In this document: positions 60,622 through 64,000 of the stretch, one piece after another | Layout: every line of letters starts with the position of its first letter | Numbering within the stretch: position 1 is the stretch's first letter | Source: Methanobacteriota archaeon | GTDB taxonomy: Archaea; Thermoplasmatota; Thermoplasmata; SG8-5; JAGLSY01 | Length of the DNA stretch: 64,000 bases | Direction of reading: 5' to 3' | NCBI GenBank assembly: GCA_020696385.1 | Contig: JAEHCQ010000005.1 | Location: 8,311-72,310, forward strand | Position numbers and translations under genes: made by a program | The notes under the pieces: generated by a model | Databases searched by the model: none | Seen by the model: the letters and a program-made list of their open reading frames with translations, nothing else | What the model was told of the DNA's origin: nothing

Positions 60622-62046
60622 ATGGAATATGCATGTCCAGTGTGCGGTGCAGGTGTTAGCGGAGACGCTACAGAATGTGCTAGCTGTGGTGAGAGTTTTG
60701 CCACAAATGGTTACACAGACGAGATTGTCGCAAATGGCAATATCGGTGACGATACCACAGATGGCATTGACACGGACAGCATTGAGGGAGCAAGCGAGGA
60801 AGACTCTATGGCAGAGATATCTGCCATAGATGATGAGTTGGCTGAGCTTGAAGATGATTCTGAATTTTCAGAAGAGGTCACTGTAGAGGAGACCTCCGAG
60901 TTAGAGATCCTTCCTGCAGATGATATTGATGACCCAGATGAACTCTCCGTGGGCGACCAGGATGATCTTGAGATCCCGGAAGATGATGAGATAGCCCCTG
61001 ACGACCTGGGTGAGTTACCTGTAGACTATCTAGATAAGAATACCTGCGAGGGATGTGGAGCATCATTGGGTTCGGATGATGTCGCCTGTGAGAAATGTGG
61101 AGATGCAGTTGGTGAAGTTGCAGAAGGTGATGTATGTCCCAGCTGTGGCAGCAAGGACTACACACTCCAGAAGGGTGATCTAGTATCCTGCGATAATTGT
61201 GGTAATGTTTATATTCATGAGAACAAAATAGATGGCCCAGACAATAGCTGGAAATGGAAGTTCTGGGGAGGACTTATTCTCATTCTGGTCGGGGACTTTG
61301 GATTTGCCCTGGCATCATATTTGCATAATGCTCTCAGATGGTCACCATTGGGTGACATGTATCTGGGATACGGATGGATGGACTCCATGCTCGGAGGATT
61401 AGGTGTGGTCATATTCATAGTAGGACTTGTATTATTTGCCTGGTCCTTCAAAAGGGACAGAGAGGTCGATTGCCCAAGTTGTGGCGTCCACATAAAAGAG
61501 AGTGATCTTCTCCCAATACCAGACGAGGATGAGATCGAGCCAGAGGACGAGATTAAACTATCAGATGTGATGGGCGAGATAGAGGATGTCGCGGAATGCC
61601 CACAGTGTGGAGCACCTTCCACGATATTTGATATCGAATGCAGTGATTGTGGAGCTTTATTCGACACTGAAGAATTCGATGAGGATATAATCGAAGATGA
61701 ATTCATGGAAGATGAGTTCACAGATGACGTAATTTCTGAAACTATAATAGAAGAAGAAGTTGTAGAAGAAGAAATTGCAGAGATCGAGGAATTAACAGAA
61801 GAGCAGATGATAATTGACAGCCTGGAGCTCAAAGATGATTCCGCTCTGGAACCGGAAACGGAAATTCCACTCAATGGGAAAAGCCAAGAGGTCCTTGAGG
61901 AAATGGAATCCGAGCTTGAATTAGATGAAGATGGACTTGACCTTGGCGAGGACTCAGGATATGAATGTCCTGAATGCAGTTCCGTAATTGACAAAGGCGC
62001 GAAAGAGTGTCCAGTATGTGGTAATTCAATGGCAGGAGGTGAATGA
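60622..62046 (+). CDS. acidic multi-zinc-ribbon membrane protein
   Basis: Repeated CxxC-x~10-CxxC modules, D/E-rich linkers, central TM hairpin. Confidence 0.85.
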   Translation: MEYACPVCGAGVSGDATECASCGESFATNGYTDEIVANGNIGDDTTDGIDTDSIEGASEEDSMAEISAIDDELAELEDDSEFSEEVTVEETSELEILPADDIDDPDELSVGDQDDLEIPEDDEIAPDDLGELPVDYLDKNTCEGCGASLGSDDVACEKCGDAVGEVAEGDVCPSCGSKDYTLQKGDLVSCDNCGNVYIHENKIDGPDNSWKWKFWGGLILILVGDFGFALASYLHNALRWSPLGDMYLGYGWMDSMLGGLGVVIFIVGLVLFAWSFKRDREVDCPSCGVHIKESDLLPIPDEDEIEPEDEIKLSDVMGEIEDVAECPQCGAPSTIFDIECSDCGALFDTEEFDEDIIEDEFMEDEFTDDVISETIIEEEVVEEEIAEIEELTEEQMIIDSLELKDDSALEPETEIPLNGKSQEVLEEMESELELDEDGLDLGEDSGYECPECSSVIDKGAKECPVCGNSMAGGE

Positions 62047-62048
62047 TC

Positions 62049-64000
62049 ATGGCTGGAGAAATGGAATCAAAGACATGCCCAGCATGTGGAGCCTTTGTTG
62101 ACCAACACGACTCATCATGTTCAATTTGTGGTGCTGCAATAGAGGAAGTATTTGATGCACCAGATGCTATTATAGAGCCAATACAGGATGAGATAGAATG
62201 CCCATCTTGCGGTGCTCATATAGCTGCTGGTTCAGAGAACTGTCCCATATGCGGAGATGACATTGACATAGTGATAGAAGAGGTCAAGGTAGAGGATGAG
62301 CCAGAGGAAGTTCATAATGAATGTCCTGAGTGTGGGGCATTGCAGGAAAATGGCTCGGACGAGTGTTTCCTATGCGGCGCAGAGATCCCAACAGTTCCTG
62401 TCGAGATCGATGAACCTATAGAGGAAGAAACTCCAGATACGGAAGCTCCTGGAGAGTCTCCGGAACTGGATGTACCAGAAGAAGCAGAGCCTGCCGAGGC
62501 GGAGATACTGGAAGACGTGCCGGAAGAAGCACCACAGGAAGAACACAATGAGTGTCCAGAGTGTGGAGCATTGCAGGAAAATGGTTCCGATGAATGCTTC
62601 CTGTGTGGTGCAGCCATTATCAAAACAGTTTCAATTTCAACAGAAGAAACAATAGAAGTTACTACAGAAGCAGAAATAGCTCCTGAAGAAGAGCTATTGG
62701 AAGAGGGTATCCCAGAGGAAGAGCCAGAAATAGAAATCGAAGAGGAAGCTCCTGTGGATATCGAGGAAACTGTAGAACCTGAGCCAGTAGAGGCAAAGAT
62801 GGAAGAACCAGTTGAGGAAGAAGTTATGGAAACCGAGACCATAACAGAACCCACAGAGGAAGTTCATATTGAATGCCACGACTGCGGAGCTTCACTTGAT
62901 ACAGATGCGAAAGATTGTTTCCTATGCGGCACAGTGGTTATCGCGGACGGAGGAGACGCTCTGGTTGAAGAAGCAGAGCCAGACATCATTGAGGAAGAGA
63001 CCTTGGAAGAAGTTGAGACCATAGAGGAAGTCATTACAATTGAAGAGGAAACAATTGAAGAGGTCTTCATAGAATCAAATGACGACCTTCCACCGCTCGA
63101 GGCAGCCCCACCAGAGGATATCAGCGAGGAGGTCGAAGAGGTTGTGGACGATATCATCGAAGAAGAGGTTTCACAGCTTGCAGAGGATGAGATGCACTGT
63201 CCATCATGTTCAAGTATTATCAAAAAGGACAATGAGAAATGTACAGAATGTTGGACCGATCTCTCATTGTATATCAATTGCGGATCATGTGATTGCCCAC
63301 TGCCAGTGGATTCCGAAACATGTCCAAATTGTTTCGCAGTGATCGAGCTTATCATCGAAGAGGAAGTTGTGGATGAATATACCCTGGAGCCCATGGAAGA
63401 AGTGGATGCTCTCATGGACATTGACCTGGATGAGACCGAGGTCACAGCCGAACTGGAACAAGAGATGTCTATTCTGGACCAGGAAGATGAGGATGACAAA
63501 GAATGTCTTGTCTGTGGAGCTCATTTCGGCCCGGATGATGATGAGTATTGCCCGATATGTGGTGTCGAGTATGGTATTGAGATAGCCGAGGAGATAGAAC
63601 CCGAGAAGGAATGGGATGGACTCGAAGCACTTGTGCAGCCAACAGCATATATCTGCCCAAGTTGTGGCGAGAAGGTCATTGGTCTTGATCGAACACCAAG
63701 AAAGGTAGAGGAAGAGACCTGGTTCTACAGAGGGATCATTACCATATTCATTGGAATATTCGCTACTTCATTTTCAGTATGGCTAAGAGGAATTGCCATG
63801 GAAAGCCAGGCGACTGGCGTAAGAGCGCCGCCTTTTGATATTGTCGCAGGCCTTGCGGGATGGGTATTGGTGCTTATCGGATTCACCTTCTGGTTCATAT
63901 CATACAGGATCGGCCAGGAGCTCATAGAATGCCCACAATGCAGTATCGAGGTCACACAGGATATGACCAACTGTATAAACTGCAACCTCACTCTGATCGA
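62049..64000 (+). CDS. acidic multi-zinc-ribbon membrane protein (runs off the window; not in ORF track)
   Basis: AGGAGGTGA RBS, MAGEMESKTCPACG..., many CxxC pairs, TM hairpin near 63720-63900, no stop seen. Confidence 0.85.
   Translation, partial: MAGEMESKTCPACGAFVDQHDSSCSICGAAIEEVFDAPDAIIEPIQDEIECPSCGAHIAAGSENCPICGDDIDIVIEEVKVEDEPEEVHNECPECGALQENGSDECFLCGAEIPTVPVEIDEPIEEETPDTEAPGESPELDVPEEAEPAEAEILEDVPEEAPQEEHNECPECGALQENGSDECFLCGAAIIKTVSISTEETIEVTTEAEIAPEEELLEEGIPEEEPEIEIEEEAPVDIEETVEPEPVEAKMEEPVEEEVMETETITEPTEEVHIECHDCGASLDTDAKDCFLCGTVVIADGGDALVEEAEPDIIEEETLEEVETIEEVITIEEETIEEVFIESNDDLPPLEAAPPEDISEEVEEVVDDIIEEEVSQLAEDEMHCPSCSSIIKKDNEKCTECWTDLSLYINCGSCDCPLPVDSETCPNCFAVIELIIEEEVVDEYTLEPMEEVDALMDIDLDETEVTAELEQEMSILDQEDEDDKECLVCGAHFGPDDDEYCPICGVEYGIEIAEEIEPEKEWDGLEALVQPTAYICPSCGEKVIGLDRTPRKVEEETWFYRGIITIFIGIFATSFSVWLRGIAMESQATGVRAPPFDIVAGLAGWVLVLIGFTFWFISYRIGQELIECPQCSIEVTQDMTNCINCNLTLI

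Noticed and set aside
61215-63499. Long Ser-rich minus-strand ORFs
   Set aside because: Antisense shadows of the GAA/GAT-rich acidic plus-strand genes.

Overview
Gene-dense archaeal chromosome segment, most likely from a Thermoplasmata lineage. The assignment is inferred from archaeal dnaG, rplX/L18a, prefoldin alpha, archaeal ribC/ribL, phosphopantothenate synthetase, split LplA/LplB and large acidic secreted proteins. Content is mostly housekeeping and metabolic: an ahcY cluster, riboflavin genes, lipoate assembly, split lysine-ketoglutarate reductase/saccharopine dehydrogenase, pyruvate carboxylase plus birA, a MoxR cluster and peptidases. It also carries a Rab-like GTPase, an RHH-RHH-short FtsZ locus and a tandem family of acidic zinc-ribbon membrane proteins. 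No CRISPR array, integrase or transposase was seen. The most unusual signals are non-coding. (1) All three tRNA genes (Gly, Leu, Arg) are followed by related structured 100-220 bp units. Each opens with an antisense copy of the tRNA T-arm and ends in a duplicate of that tRNA's own 3' end, and at tRNA-Leu two units are stacked in tandem. (2) Several protein genes have short tandem duplications of their termini; in two cases the extra copy is a codon-wise diverged allele of the C-terminus. (3) A ~150 bp structured repeat occurs twice, plus one internally deleted mini-copy. All calls are by eye; no database search or folding program was run.
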